A stretch of DNA of 63,272 bases, filler included, from 12 parts of 12 records of this genome joined end to end with filler, not necessarily neighbours in it, one strand, 5' to 3'; numbered from the whole stretch's first letter, positions 50,189 to 63,272 are shown. The notes: generated by a model not told the origin, from the letters alone. Numbers and translations: made by a program.

Positions 50189-50234
50189 CTGCTGAAGAGT
50201 GAGATTACGCCTCCAAGAATCGAGCTAGATCGCA

Positions 50235-50334
50235 NNNNNNNNNNNNNNNNNNNNNNNNNNNNNNNNNNNNNNNNNNNNTTAATTAATTAANNNNNNNNNN
50301 NNNNNNNNNNNNNNNNNNNNNNNNNNNNNNNNNN
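50235..50334. other. Artificial contig spacer
   Basis: 44 N + TTAATTAATTAA + 44 N. Confidence 0.99.
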
Positions 50335-50335
50335 G

Positions 50336-50552
50336 TTGTTAACGACATTGACTGAGCCTCAGGATCGGTCGCTGGCGTATTAATAATCCACAGCTGGCTG
50401 CCGATGTGAAAACGGCGTGGTTAAAAGAGGATCCATCATTACTCTTATTTGTCGAACAACCCGATCTTTCGCTGTTACGTGATTTAGTGAAAACCGGGGC
50501 AACGCGGAAAATTCGCAGTGAAGCGCGTCACCGGCTTGAGGAAAAACAATGA
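50336..50552 (+). CDS. ykiA: YkiA C-terminal fragment, apparent extra base near 50377
   Basis: LLTTLTEPQDRSLA, then shifted frame INNPQLAADVKTAWLKEDP...RHRLEEKQ*; lies next to rdgC as in K-12. Confidence 0.7.
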
Positions 50553-50632
50553 CACAACGTCCATGGAGCAAGTTACAGCGTAAAACGCATAATATTGCTG
50601 CGCTAAAAATTATTGCTCGCCGTAGCGAATAA
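50549..50632 (+). CDS. 27-aa small ORF coupled to ykiA (probably the annotated small protein YkiD)
   Basis: ATGA overlap; MTQRPWSKLQRKTHNIAALKIIARRSE*; GAGG upstream. Confidence 0.5.
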   Translation: MTQRPWSKLQRKTHNIAALKIIARRSE

Positions 50633-50653
50633 TTATATGCCTGGTGTGGCTTC

Positions 50654-50691
50654 GTACGCCGGATAAGACGCGGCAGGCGTCGCATCCGGCA
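50654..50691. repeat. REP element
   Basis: GTACGCCGGATAAGACGCGGCAGGCGTCGCATCCGGCA. Confidence 0.85.
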
Positions 50692-50709
50692 TTAAAGGAA
50701 AATCAGCAA

Positions 50710-51621
50710 TTAACGTTGTGCTTCGCCACCTAATCCTTCAATCAGGTTTTGAATTAACGCTGCCAGTTCACCAGTCATCAGGATGAAATCGGCATCAAAA
50801 CGCTGGGCGAAATCTTCACGGTCGATATCTTCGTTTTGATCGCGCAGCTCGTCGCAGAACTTCAGACGCTTGAGCGAACCATCGTCGCACATCACAAACT
50901 GAATGCGCTGCTGCCAGTCGAGCGCCAGTTTAGTCACCACTTTTCCGGCTTCAATGTGATTGGTGATCTCTTCGCTGGTCAGATCTTGTTTCTTCGCGCG
51001 GATCACGCCGCCATCTTCCAGCAACGATTTCAGCTCGGCTTCATCAAGCAGCTGGAAGCCCTGTGCCGCACTACCGGAGCGAACCCATTCGGTCAGCGTC
51101 AGTTCAATCGGGTTTTCCATGCTCAATGGTACAACCGGTAACGACCCCAGGCTTTTACGCAGTAATGCCAGCGTATCTTCCGCTTTTTTGGCACTGGCGC
51201 AGTCCACCATAATCAAACCGTTAACCGTGTCGATCCACATCATTGTCTGGCTAAAACGGCTGAAAGCACGCGGCAGCAGAGAGTGCAGCACTTCGTCTTT
51301 CAGCGAATCTTTTTCGGTTTTCTTCAGCTTACGCGCCTGTTCCGCTTCCAGTTTGGCGATTTTCGCTTCCAGCGCCTGTTTAATCACCGGAGACGGGAGG
51401 ATTTTTTCTTCTTTGCGCGCGCAGATAACAATTTGACCATTGGCAACGTGCGTTAACGCATCGCTGTGCGATCCCATCGGAGGAACCCAGCCCATCTTCG
51501 CCATGTCCTGGCTGCCGCATGGGGTAAATGCCATCGAGGCTAGCTGTTTTTCCATCTCTTCTGCACGCAGCGAAATCTCGCGGCTAAGACGGTAAACCAT
51601 TAAATTTTTGAACCACAGCAT
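50710..51621 (-). CDS. rdgC: Recombination-associated protein RdgC
   Basis: [12 protein letters not shown] start; 303 aa. Confidence 0.95.
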
Positions 51622-51745
51622 GATAATTTCCACGGCCTTGTCGTTAAATTTAGCGGGCATGATAACGAATTGTCGGCGGCCTTGCATTGCCAATCCGGTT
51701 GTCCGTCTCTACGCTATTGATATTGAAAAAAATAAGGAGAGTACC

Positions 51746-52653
51746 GTGCGTATAGGTATCGATTTAGGCGGCACCAAAACTGAAGTGATTGCACTGGGCG
51801 ATGCAGGGGAGCAGTTGTACCGCCATCGTCTGCCCACGCCGCGTGATGATTACCGGCAGACTATTGAAACGATCGCCACGTTGGTTGATATGGCGGAGCA
51901 GGCGACGGGGCAGCGCGGAACGGTAGGTATGGGCATTCCTGGCTCAATTTCGCCTTACACCGGTGTGGTGAAGAATGCCAATTCAACCTGGCTCAACGGT
52001 CAGCCATTCGATAAAGACTTAAGCGCGAGGTTGCAGCGGGAAGTGCGGCTGGCAAATGACGCTAACTGTCTGGCGGTTTCAGAAGCAGTAGATGGCGCGG
52101 CAGCGGGAGCGCAGACGGTATTTGCCGTGATTATCGGCACGGGATGCGGCGCGGGCGTGGCATTCAATGGGCGGGCGCATATCGGCGGCAATGGCACGGC
52201 AGGTGAGTGGGGACACAATCCGCTACCGTGGATGGACGAAGACGAACTGCGTTATCGCGAGGAAGTCCCTTGTTATTGCGGTAAACAAGGTTGTATTGAA
52301 ACCTTTATTTCGGGCACGGGATTCGCGATGGATTATCGTCGTTTGAGCGGACATGCGCTGAAAGGCAGTGAAATTATCCGCCTGGTTGAAGAAAGCGATC
52401 CGGTAGCGGAACTGGCATTGCGTCGCTACGAGCTGCGGCTGGCAAAATCGCTGGCACATGTCGTGAATATTCTCGATCCGGATGTGATTGTCCTGGGGGG
52501 CGGATGAGCAATGTAGACCGTTTATATCAAACGGTTGGGCAGTTGATTAAACAATTTGTCTTCGGCGGCGAATGTGAAACGCCGGTGCGTAAGGCGAAGC
52601 ACGGTGATTCCAGCGGCGTACGCGGCGCTGCGTGGTTATGGCCACAAGAGTAA
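51746..52653 (+). CDS. mak: ROK-family manno(fructo)kinase, apparent -1 frameshift at 52502-52503
   Basis: GTG start after [31 protein letters not shown]-terminus MSNVDRLY...GAAWLWPQE* in another frame; span 908 nt = 3n-1. Confidence 0.9.
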
Positions 52654-52661
52654 AAAAACGT

Positions 52662-52761
52662 NNNNNNNNNNNNNNNNNNNNNNNNNNNNNNNNNNNNNNN
52701 NNNNNTTAATTAATTAANNNNNNNNNNNNNNNNNNNNNNNNNNNNNNNNNNNNNNNNNNNN
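52662..52761. other. Artificial contig spacer
   Basis: 44 N + TTAATTAATTAA + 44 N. Confidence 0.99.
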
Positions 52762-52790
52762 CGACGCTGTCGCGTCTTATCAGGCCTACA
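52762..52790. repeat. Partial REP at contig start
   Basis: CGACGCTGTCGCGTCTTATCAGGCCTACA. Confidence 0.85.
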
Positions 52791-52823
52791 AACCGTTACC
52801 GACTCGCATCGGGCAATTGTGGG

Positions 52824-54782
<1,959 letters not shown>

Positions 54783-54863
54783 GCTTTTGTTCTCCTTGTA
54801 GGATGTTAATAATATGTGGCATAAGCGTTAAATGTAGGGGTATTGGCAGTTTTGTTTAGTATT

Positions 54864-54879
54864 TGGGCGACAGATCACG
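54864..54879 (-). promoter_or_regulatory. CRP site of the acs promoter
   Basis: Minus strand CGTGA-tctgtc-GCCCA vs TGTGA-N6-TCACA; known CRP activation of acs. Confidence 0.55.
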
Positions 54880-54999
54880 CAAAAGTAGAATTGTGCAAAT
54901 AAACGGCAGGGTAATTTTTGAAGGTCAGCAACAAAAGTTGATTAATTCTTTGAGGAACATGCAGTTATGCATGCTGTTGAAAAAGAGGAAGATACTGAC

Positions 55000-55015
55000 T
55001 AACTCTAAAGTGGTA
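55000..55015 (+). promoter_or_regulatory. NarL/NarP 7-2-7 site of the nrfA promoter
   Basis: TAACTCT-aa-AGTGGTA upstream of the FNR box. Confidence 0.65.
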
Positions 55016-55033
55016 TTTTACATGCACTTACAA

Positions 55034-55047
55034 TTGATTAAAGACAA
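55034..55047 (+). promoter_or_regulatory. FNR box of the nrfA promoter
   Basis: TTGAT-taaa-GACAA vs TTGAT-N4-ATCAA. Confidence 0.75.
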
Positions 55048-55132
55048 CATTCACAGTGTGGTTATTTGTTACACATAGGGGCGAGCAATGTCATGACAGT
55101 GTAGGTGCGGTTACTGTCGTGAAAAACAATAA

Positions 55133-56611
<1,479 letters not shown>

Positions 56612-56655
56612 CCCCGTTCCGCCTCGCAAGGGGCGGAAAACACAATGGAGTGAAT

Positions 56656-57222
56656 ATGAGCGTATTACGTTCGTTATTAACTGCCGGGGTGCTGGCGTCG
56701 GGCCTGTTGTGGAGCCTGAACGGAATTACCGCTACCCCTGCGGCGCAGGCATCTGATGATCGCTACGAAGTTACCCAGCAGCGTAACCCGGATGCCGCCT
56801 GTCTGGACTGTCATAAACCAGATACCGAAGGTATGCATGGAAAACATGCTTCCGTTATCAACCCGAATAACAAACTGCCGGTCACCTGCACCAACTGTCA
56901 CGGCCAGCCATCACCGCAACACCGCGAAGGGGTGAAAGATGTGATGCGCTTTAACGAGCCGATGTACAAGGTTGGAGAGCAGAACAGCGTCTGTATGTCC
57001 TGTCATCTGCCGGAACAGTTGCAAAAAGCGTTCTGGCCGCACGATGTCCACGTAACCAAAGTGGCGTGCGCCAGCTGCCATTCCCTGCATCCACAGCAAG
57101 ATACGATGCAGACGTTAAGTGACAAAGGACGGATTAAGATTTGCGTCGATTGCCACAGCGATCAGCGCACCAATCCGAACTTTAACCCGGCGTCTGTTCC
57201 GTTGCTTAAGGAGCAGCCATGA
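56656..57222 (+). CDS. nrfB: Pentaheme cytochrome c NrfB
   Basis: Five CxxCH motifs; signal peptide. Confidence 0.97.
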
Positions 57223-57890
57223 CCTGGTCTCGTCGCCAGTTTCTCACCGGCGTCGGCGTGCTGGCAGCCGTCAGCGGCACCGCAGGGCGCGTGGTGGCGA
57301 AAACGTTGAATATCAATGGGGTGCGTTACGGCATGGTGCATGACGAGTCGTTATGCATCGGCTGTACCGCCTGTATGGATGCTTGTCGGGAAGTGAACAA
57401 GGTGCCGGAAGGCGTCTCGCGCCTGACGATTATTCGTAGCGAGCCGCAGGGCGAATTTCCTGATGTGAAATATCGCTTCTTCCGTAAGTCTTGCCAGCAC
57501 TGCGATCATGCGCCGTGCGTTGACGTCTGCCCGACCGGTGCGTCTTTTCGCGATGCTGCCAGTGGGATTGTCGATGTTAATCCGGATCTCTGCGTCGGTT
57601 GTCAGTACTGCATCGCCGCCTGTCCGTACCGCGTGCGCTTTATCCATCCGGTCACGAAGACGGCGGACAAATGCGATTTCTGCCGTAAGACCAATTTGCA
57701 GGCCGGTAAGTTGCCCGCGTGCGTTGAAGCTTGCCCGACCAAGGCGCTGACGTTTGGCAATCTGGACGATCCCAACAGTGAGATTTCGCAACTGCTGCGC
57801 CAGAAGCCCACTTACCGCTACAAGCTGGCGCTGGGAACCAAACCGAAGCTGTACCGCGTACCGTTTAAATACGGGGAGGTGAGCCAATGA
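57219..57890 (+). CDS. nrfC: 4Fe-4S ferredoxin subunit NrfC
   Basis: Tat signal SRRQFL; four Cys clusters. Confidence 0.97.
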
Positions 57891-58843
57891 CGCAGACTTC
57901 CGCATTTCATTTTGAATCGCTGGTGTGGGACTGGCCGATTGCCATCTACCTGTTTTTGATTGGTATTTCTGCTGGTCTGGTGACGCTGGCCGTGCTGTTA
58001 CGTCGCTTCTACCCGCAGGCGGGCGGTGCAGACAGTACGTTGCTGCGCACCACGCTGATTGTCGGGCCGGGCGCGGTGATCCTCGGTCTGTTGATCCTCG
58101 TCTTCCACCTGACAAGACCGTGGACCTTCTGGAAGCTGATGTTCCACTACAGTTTTACCTCGGTGATGTCGATGGGGGTGATGCTGTTTCAGCTCTACAT
58201 GGTGGTGCTGGTGCTGTGGCTGGCGAAAATCTTTGAACATGATTTGCTTGCCCTGCAACAACGCTGGTTGCCGAAGCTGGGGATCGTGCAAAAGGTTCTG
58301 AGCCTGCTGACGCCCGTTCATCGCGGACTGGAAACATTGATGCTGGTGCTGGCGGTGTTGTTGGGGGCTTATACCGGCTTTCTGCTGTCGGCGCTGAAAT
58401 CGTATCCGTTCCTCAATAACCCGATCCTGCCGGTGCTGTTCCTCTTCTCCGGCATCTCGTCCGGTGCGGCGGTGGCGCTGATCGCCATGGCGATACGCCA
58501 ACGCAGTAACCCGCATTCCACGGAAGCGCAGTTTGTACACCGTATGGAAATCCCTGTGGTATGGGGTGAAATCTTCCTGCTGGTGGCGTTTTTTGTCGGT
58601 CTGGCGCTGGGCGATGACGGTAAAGTTCGTGCGCTGGTGGCGGCATTAGGTGGCGGTTTCTGGACGTGGTGGTTCTGGCTTGGTGTCGCCGGGCTGGGGC
58701 TGATTGTGCCAATGCTGCTCAAACCGTGGGTCAATCGCAGTTCCGGCATTCCTGCCGTGCTGGCGGCGTGTGGGGCCAGTCTGGTCGGCGTGTTGATGCT
58801 GCGCTTTTTCATTCTCTACGCCGGACAGTTGACGGTGGCGTAA
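57887..58843 (+). CDS. nrfD: Quinol-oxidising membrane subunit NrfD
   Basis: WDWPIAIYLFL NrfD/PsrC family; 318 aa. Confidence 0.96.
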   Translation: MTQTSAFHFESLVWDWPIAIYLFLIGISAGLVTLAVLLRRFYPQAGGADSTLLRTTLIVGPGAVILGLLILVFHLTRPWTFWKLMFHYSFTSVMSMGVMLFQLYMVVLVLWLAKIFEHDLLALQQRWLPKLGIVQKVLSLLTPVHRGLETLMLVLAVLLGAYTGFLLSALKSYPFLNNPILPVLFLFSGISSGAAVALIAMAIRQRSNPHSTEAQFVHRMEIPVVWGEIFLLVAFFVGLALGDDGKVRALVAALGGGFWTWWFWLGVAGLGLIVPMLLKPWVNRSSGIPAVLAACGASLVGVLMLRFFILYAGQLTVA

Positions 58844-58862
58844 GCCAGAAAAGAGGTGGTTT

Positions 58863-60581
58863 CTGGACGTATTCCTTCCTGAAGTCGGTTTTCTGGCGTT
58901 GTTGTTAAGTCTCGGGGTCAACGTGTTGACCCCGTTGACGGCCTTCGCGGGAGTGCGGTTGCGCTGGCCTGCCATGATGCGACTCACTTGCATCGGCATT
59001 CTGGCGCAGTTCGCGCTCCTGCTGCTCGCCTTTGGCGTACTGACGTATTGTTTTCTCATCAGCGATTTCTCGGTCATTTATGTCGCGCAACATAGCTATA
59101 GCCTGCTGTCGTGGGAACTCAAGCTGGCAGCGGTGTGGGGCGGCCATGAAGGTTCGCTGCTGCTTTGGGTGCTGCTGCTTTCCGCCTGGAGCGCGCTGTT
59201 TGCCTGGCATTATCGGCAGCAAACCGATCCGCTATTTCCGCTGACGTTAGCCGTTTTATCTCTCATGCTCGCCGCACTGCTACTGTTTGTGGTGCTGTGG
59301 TCCGATCCCTTCGTGCGGATATTTCCACCAGCAATCGAAGGCCGCGATCTCAATCCGATGCTGCAACATCCCGGTCTTATCTTTCATCCACCGCTGCTTT
59401 ACCTTGGCTATGGCGGTTTGATGGTAGCGGCGAGCGTGGCGCTGGCGAGTCTACTGCGCGGCGAGTTTGATGGTGCCTGCGCCCGAATTTGCTGGCGCTG
59501 GGCGTTACCTGGCTGGAGTGCATTAACGGCGGGGATCATCCTCGGTTCCTGGTGGGCCTACTGCGAACTCGGCTGGGGCGGCTGGTGGTTCTGGGATCCG
59601 GTGGAAAACGCCTCTTTATTACCCTGGCTTTCTGCCACTGCGCTGCTGCACAGTTTGTCCCTGACACGCCAGCGGGGGATTTTTTGCCACTGGTCGCTGT
59701 TGCTGGCGATAGTTACTCTGATGCTGTCGCTGCTGGGCACCTTAATTGTCCGTTCTGGCATTCTGGTTTCGGTTCATGCGTTCGCGCTGGATAACGTCCG
59801 CGCCGTGCCGTTGTTCAGCCTGTTTGCACTGATTAGCCTTGCGTCTCTGGCTCTGTATGGCTGGCGAGCGCGGGACGGTGGCCCGGCGGTGCATTTTTCG
59901 GGGTTATCGCGGGAAATGTTAATCCTCGCTACGCTGTTGCTGTTTTGCGCAGTGCTACTGATCGTGCTGGTGGGAACGCTTTATCCGATGATTTACGGCC
60001 TGCTGGGCTGGGGACGCCTCTCCGTTGGCGCGCCGTATTTTAACCGCGCGACGTTACCGTTTGGTCTGTTGATGCTGGTGGTGATTGTGCTGGCGACGTT
60101 TGTCTCTGGCAAACGCGTGCAGCTTCCGGCGCTGGTAGCTCATGCGGGCGTGCTGTTATTTGCCGCTGGGGTCGTGGTCTCCAGCGTCAGCCGTCAGGAG
60201 ATCAGCCTGAATTTACAGCCGGGTCAGCAGGTGACGCTGGCAGGATACACCTTCCGTTTTGAGTGCCTCGATCTACAAGCCAAAGGCAATTACACCAGCG
60301 AAAAAGCGATAGTGGCACTGTTTGACCATCAGCAACGCATTGGTGAACTGACGCCGGAGCGGCGTTTTTATGAAGCACGCCGTCAACAAATGATGGAACC
60401 GTCAATTCGCTGGAACGGCATCCATGACTGGTATGCGGTCATGGGGGAGAAAACTGGGCCGGATCGTTACGCTTTTCGTTTGTATGTACAAAGCGGTGTG
60501 CGCTGGATCTGGGGGGGAGGATTGTTGATGATTGCGGGCGCATTGTTAAGCGGATGGCGGGGGAAGAAGCGCGATGAATAA
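58863..60581 (+). CDS. nrfE: Heme lyase subunit NrfE (CcmF paralog); start uncertain (CTG 58863, TTG 58899 or GTG 58923)
   Basis: WGGHEGSLL, WGGWWFWDPVEN, SVHAF CcmF motifs. Confidence 0.93.
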   Translation: MDVFLPEVGFLALLLSLGVNVLTPLTAFAGVRLRWPAMMRLTCIGILAQFALLLLAFGVLTYCFLISDFSVIYVAQHSYSLLSWELKLAAVWGGHEGSLLLWVLLLSAWSALFAWHYRQQTDPLFPLTLAVLSLMLAALLLFVVLWSDPFVRIFPPAIEGRDLNPMLQHPGLIFHPPLLYLGYGGLMVAASVALASLLRGEFDGACARICWRWALPGWSALTAGIILGSWWAYCELGWGGWWFWDPVENASLLPWLSATALLHSLSLTRQRGIFCHWSLLLAIVTLMLSLLGTLIVRSGILVSVHAFALDNVRAVPLFSLFALISLASLALYGWRARDGGPAVHFSGLSREMLILATLLLFCAVLLIVLVGTLYPMIYGLLGWGRLSVGAPYFNRATLPFGLLMLVVIVLATFVSGKRVQLPALVAHAGVLLFAAGVVVSSVSRQEISLNLQPGQQVTLAGYTFRFECLDLQAKGNYTSEKAIVALFDHQQRIGELTPERRFYEARRQQMMEPSIRWNGIHDWYAVMGEKTGPDRYAFRLYVQSGVRWIWGGGLLMIAGALLSGWRGKKRDE

Positions 60582-60957
60582 AGGGCTTCTCACGCTACTG
60601 CTGTTATTTACCTGTTTTGCGCACGCTCAGGTCGTAGACACCTGGCAATTCGCCAATCCGCAACAACAGCAACAGGCGTTAAATATTGCCAGCCAGTTAC
60701 GTTGTCCGCAGTGCCAGAATCAAAACTTACTGGAATCCAACGCGCCGGTGGCTGTCAGTATGCGCCATCAGGTTTACAGCATGGTGGCGGAGGGGAAGAA
60801 CGAAGTCGAAATCATTGGCTGGATGACCGAACGCTACGGAGATTTTGTTCGCTATAACCCACCGTTAACGGGTCAGACGCTGGTGTTATGGGCGCTGCCA
60901 GTGGTGTTGTTACTGCTGATGGCACTGATCCTCTGGCGAGTGAGGGCGAAGCGATGA
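60574..60957 (+). CDS. nrfF: Heme lyase subunit NrfF (CcmH-like)
   Basis: LRCPQCQNQ motif. Confidence 0.96.
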
Positions 60958-61550
60958 AACAGCCCAAAATACCGGTGAAAATGCTGACAACACTCACGAT
61001 ATTGATGGTATTTCTCTGTGTCGGCAGTTATCTGTTAAGCCCAAAATGGCAGGCGGTACGTGCGGAGTATCAGCGTCAGCGCGATCCGCTACATCAGTTT
61101 GCCAGCCAGCAAACCCCGGAAGCGCAGCTTCAGGCATTGCAGGATAAAATCCGCGCTAATCCACAAAACAGCGAACAGTGGGCGTTACTGGGCGAGTACT
61201 ATCTGTGGCAAAACGATTACAGCAATTCGTTGCTGGCGTACCGTCAGGCGTTGCAACTACGTGGTGAGAACGCTGAACTGTATGCGGCGCTGGCGACGGT
61301 GCTTTATTACCAGGCCAGCCAGCATATGACCGCCCAGACTCGCGCAATGATCGACAAAGCCCTCGCGCTGGACAGTAATGAAATCACCGCCCTGATGCTG
61401 CTGGCTTCCGATGCGTTTATGCAGGCGAACTACGCGCAAGCCATCGAACTATGGCAAAAAGTGATGGATCTCAACTCACCGCGAGTTAACCGAACACAGC
61501 TGGTTGAGTCGATTAATATGGCGAAATTGTTGCAGCGGAGATTGGATTAA
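60954..61550 (+). CDS. nrfG: Heme lyase TPR subunit NrfG
   Basis: ATGA overlap with nrfF; TPR repeats; 198 aa. Confidence 0.95.
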
Positions 61551-61891
61551 TCATCTGGTGATGAAGATTATGTCATTGAGCTGCATAAAAAATAATCGAA
61601 TGAACATATGCCAAAAATAATCACTAATCAGTATTATTGCAGATTAAACAAATAAAAATCTTTCCATAACAAATGGTTATTCATTAATCCTGCCATAAAC
61701 TCGCGTTATTATGCATTAATGCAGCGAAAAGCTCTGTTGTTAAAGGGTTGCGCAACATACCGCGCAAATGATACTGATCATAAGCGTTAAAAAAATCTAC
61801 AAACCAACGCAACACAATTCATGCCCTGGCAGTATGTCACGTTCTCGCGTTTCTGAACGGGGAACGGCGCTCCATTGAGGAAGTCATTCAT

Positions 61892-63205
61892 ATGAAAAAT
61901 ATAAAATTCAGCCTGGCCTGGCAGATTCTGTTTGCTATGGTGCTGGGCATTCTCCTGGGAAGCTACCTGCACTACCATAGCGACAGCCGCGACTGGCTGG
62001 TCGTCAATTTGCTCTCTCCGGCGGGTGATATCTTCATCCATCTGATTAAAATGATTGTTGTGCCGATTGTGATCTCCACGCTGGTGGTGGGTATCGCGGG
62101 TGTTGGTGATGCCAAACAGCTCGGGCGTATTGGCGCGAAAACCATTATCTACTTCGAGGTGATCACCACCGTCGCCATCATTTTGGGGATCACTCTGGCG
62201 AACGTCTTCCAGCCCGGTGCCGGGGTGGATATGTCGCAGTTGGCGACCGTCGATATCTCGAAATATCAGAGCACTACGGAAGCGGTACAAAGCAGTTCCC
62301 ACGGCATTATGGGCACGATTTTGTCGCTGGTGCCGACGAACATTGTGGCGTCGATGGCGAAAGGCGAAATGCTGCCGATCATCTTTTTCTCGGTGCTGTT
62401 TGGTCTGGGGCTTTCTTCCCTGCCCGCGACGCATCGTGAACCGCTGGTGACCGTGTTCCGCTCCATCTCTGAAACCATGTTTAAAGTGACTCACATGGTG
62501 ATGCGTTATGCACCGGTGGGTGTGTTTGCGCTGATTGCGGTGACGGTGGCTAACTTTGGTTTCTCGTCTCTGTGGCCACTGGCGAAACTGGTGCTGCTGG
62601 TGCATTTCGCCATTCTGTTCTTCGCGCTGGTAGTGCTGGGAATTGTGGCGCGCCTGTGCGGGTTAAGCGTCTGGATCCTGATTCGTATTCTGAAAGATGA
62701 GCTGATTCTGGCGTACTCCACTGCCAGCTCTGAAAGCGTGCTGCCGCGAATTATTGAGAAGATGGAAGCCTACGGAGCACCGGTGTCGATCACCAGTTTC
62801 GTGGTGCCGACCGGTTACTCTTTTAACCTTGATGGTTCGACGCTGTATCAAAGTATTGCCGCTATCTTCATCGCGCAGTTGTATGGCATTGACCTGTCCA
62901 TCTGGCAGGAAATCATTCTGGTGCTGACGCTGATGGTGACCTCGAAAGGGATTGCTGGCGTGCCTGGCGTGTCGTTTGTGGTGTTGCTGGCAACGCTGGG
63001 TAGCGTAGGTATTCCGCTGGAAGGTCTGGCGTTTATTGCTGGTGTTGACCGTATCCTCGACATGGCGCGTACTGCGCTGAACGTGGTGGGTAATGCGCTG
63101 GCGGTGCTGGTGATTGCCAAGTGGGAACACAAATTTGACCGTAAGAAAGCGCTGGCTTATGAGCGTGAAGTGCTGGGCAAATTTGATAAAACTGCGGATC
63201 AATAA
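61892..63205 (+). CDS. gltP: Proton/glutamate-aspartate symporter
   Basis: DAACS motifs STASSES, SFNLDG, DMARTALNV; 437 aa. Confidence 0.97.
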   Translation: MKNIKFSLAWQILFAMVLGILLGSYLHYHSDSRDWLVVNLLSPAGDIFIHLIKMIVVPIVISTLVVGIAGVGDAKQLGRIGAKTIIYFEVITTVAIILGITLANVFQPGAGVDMSQLATVDISKYQSTTEAVQSSSHGIMGTILSLVPTNIVASMAKGEMLPIIFFSVLFGLGLSSLPATHREPLVTVFRSISETMFKVTHMVMRYAPVGVFALIAVTVANFGFSSLWPLAKLVLLVHFAILFFALVVLGIVARLCGLSVWILIRILKDELILAYSTASSESVLPRIIEKMEAYGAPVSITSFVVPTGYSFNLDGSTLYQSIAAIFIAQLYGIDLSIWQEIILVLTLMVTSKGIAGVPGVSFVVLLATLGSVGIPLEGLAFIAGVDRILDMARTALNVVGNALAVLVIAKWEHKFDRKKALAYEREVLGKFDKTADQ

Positions 63206-63244
63206 TTGAAGATTGCCGGGGATATCCACCCGGCAATGTGTGAA

Positions 63245-63272
63245 TGCCTGATGCGACGCTTGCCGCGTCTTA
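63245..63272. repeat. Partial REP at window end
   Basis: ATGCCTGATGCGACGCTTGCCGCGTCTTA. Confidence 0.8.

Larger units (their letters stand above)
48202..50234. other. Non-E. coli contig, probably eukaryotic nuclear DNA
   Basis: No recognisable E. coli gene; GC-rich coding with G/C-ending codons; GT-AG introns with a CACTAAC branch point. Confidence 0.88.

Overview
The window is not one chromosomal locus. It is a pseudo-scaffold of 12 unrelated contig pieces joined by 11 identical 100-nt spacers (44 N + TTAATTAATTAA + 44 N). Eleven pieces are ordinary Escherichia coli core genome that look K-12-like: gltIJKL-rihA-hscC-djlC'; ridA-pyrIBL; ptsI'-ptsH-cysK-cysZ-zipA-ligA-ypeB-yfeH-yfeR-yfeN-xapA-xapB'; lhr'-rnt-gloA-nemA'; aroP-ampED-nadC-ppdD-hofBC-guaC-coaE-zapD-yacG; yegV'UT-fbaB; purC-ypfJ-tmcA'; ldhA'-ydbH-ynbE-ydbL'; ygcS'-ygcU'; ykiA'-rdgC-mak; acs-nrfABCDEFG-gltP. 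Several genes carry 1-nt frameshifts, mostly in homopolymers, which are probably sequencing errors. guaC has an in-frame TGA at codon 84. The real outlier is the 2-kb contig at 48202-50234, which is not E. coli. Its + strand holds the 3' end of a GC-rich Pro/Ser/Thr-rich ORF. Its - strand holds a dihydrofolate reductase gene split by GT-AG spliceosomal introns that the ORF track cannot see. The spliced product is a monofunctional, bacterial-style DHFR, so it is a candidate horizontally acquired, intronised gene from a eukaryote co-assembled with E. coli. I found no novel prokaryotic system, CRISPR array, prophage or IS in the E. coli pieces. Gene names and reference comparisons come from recall, not database searches.
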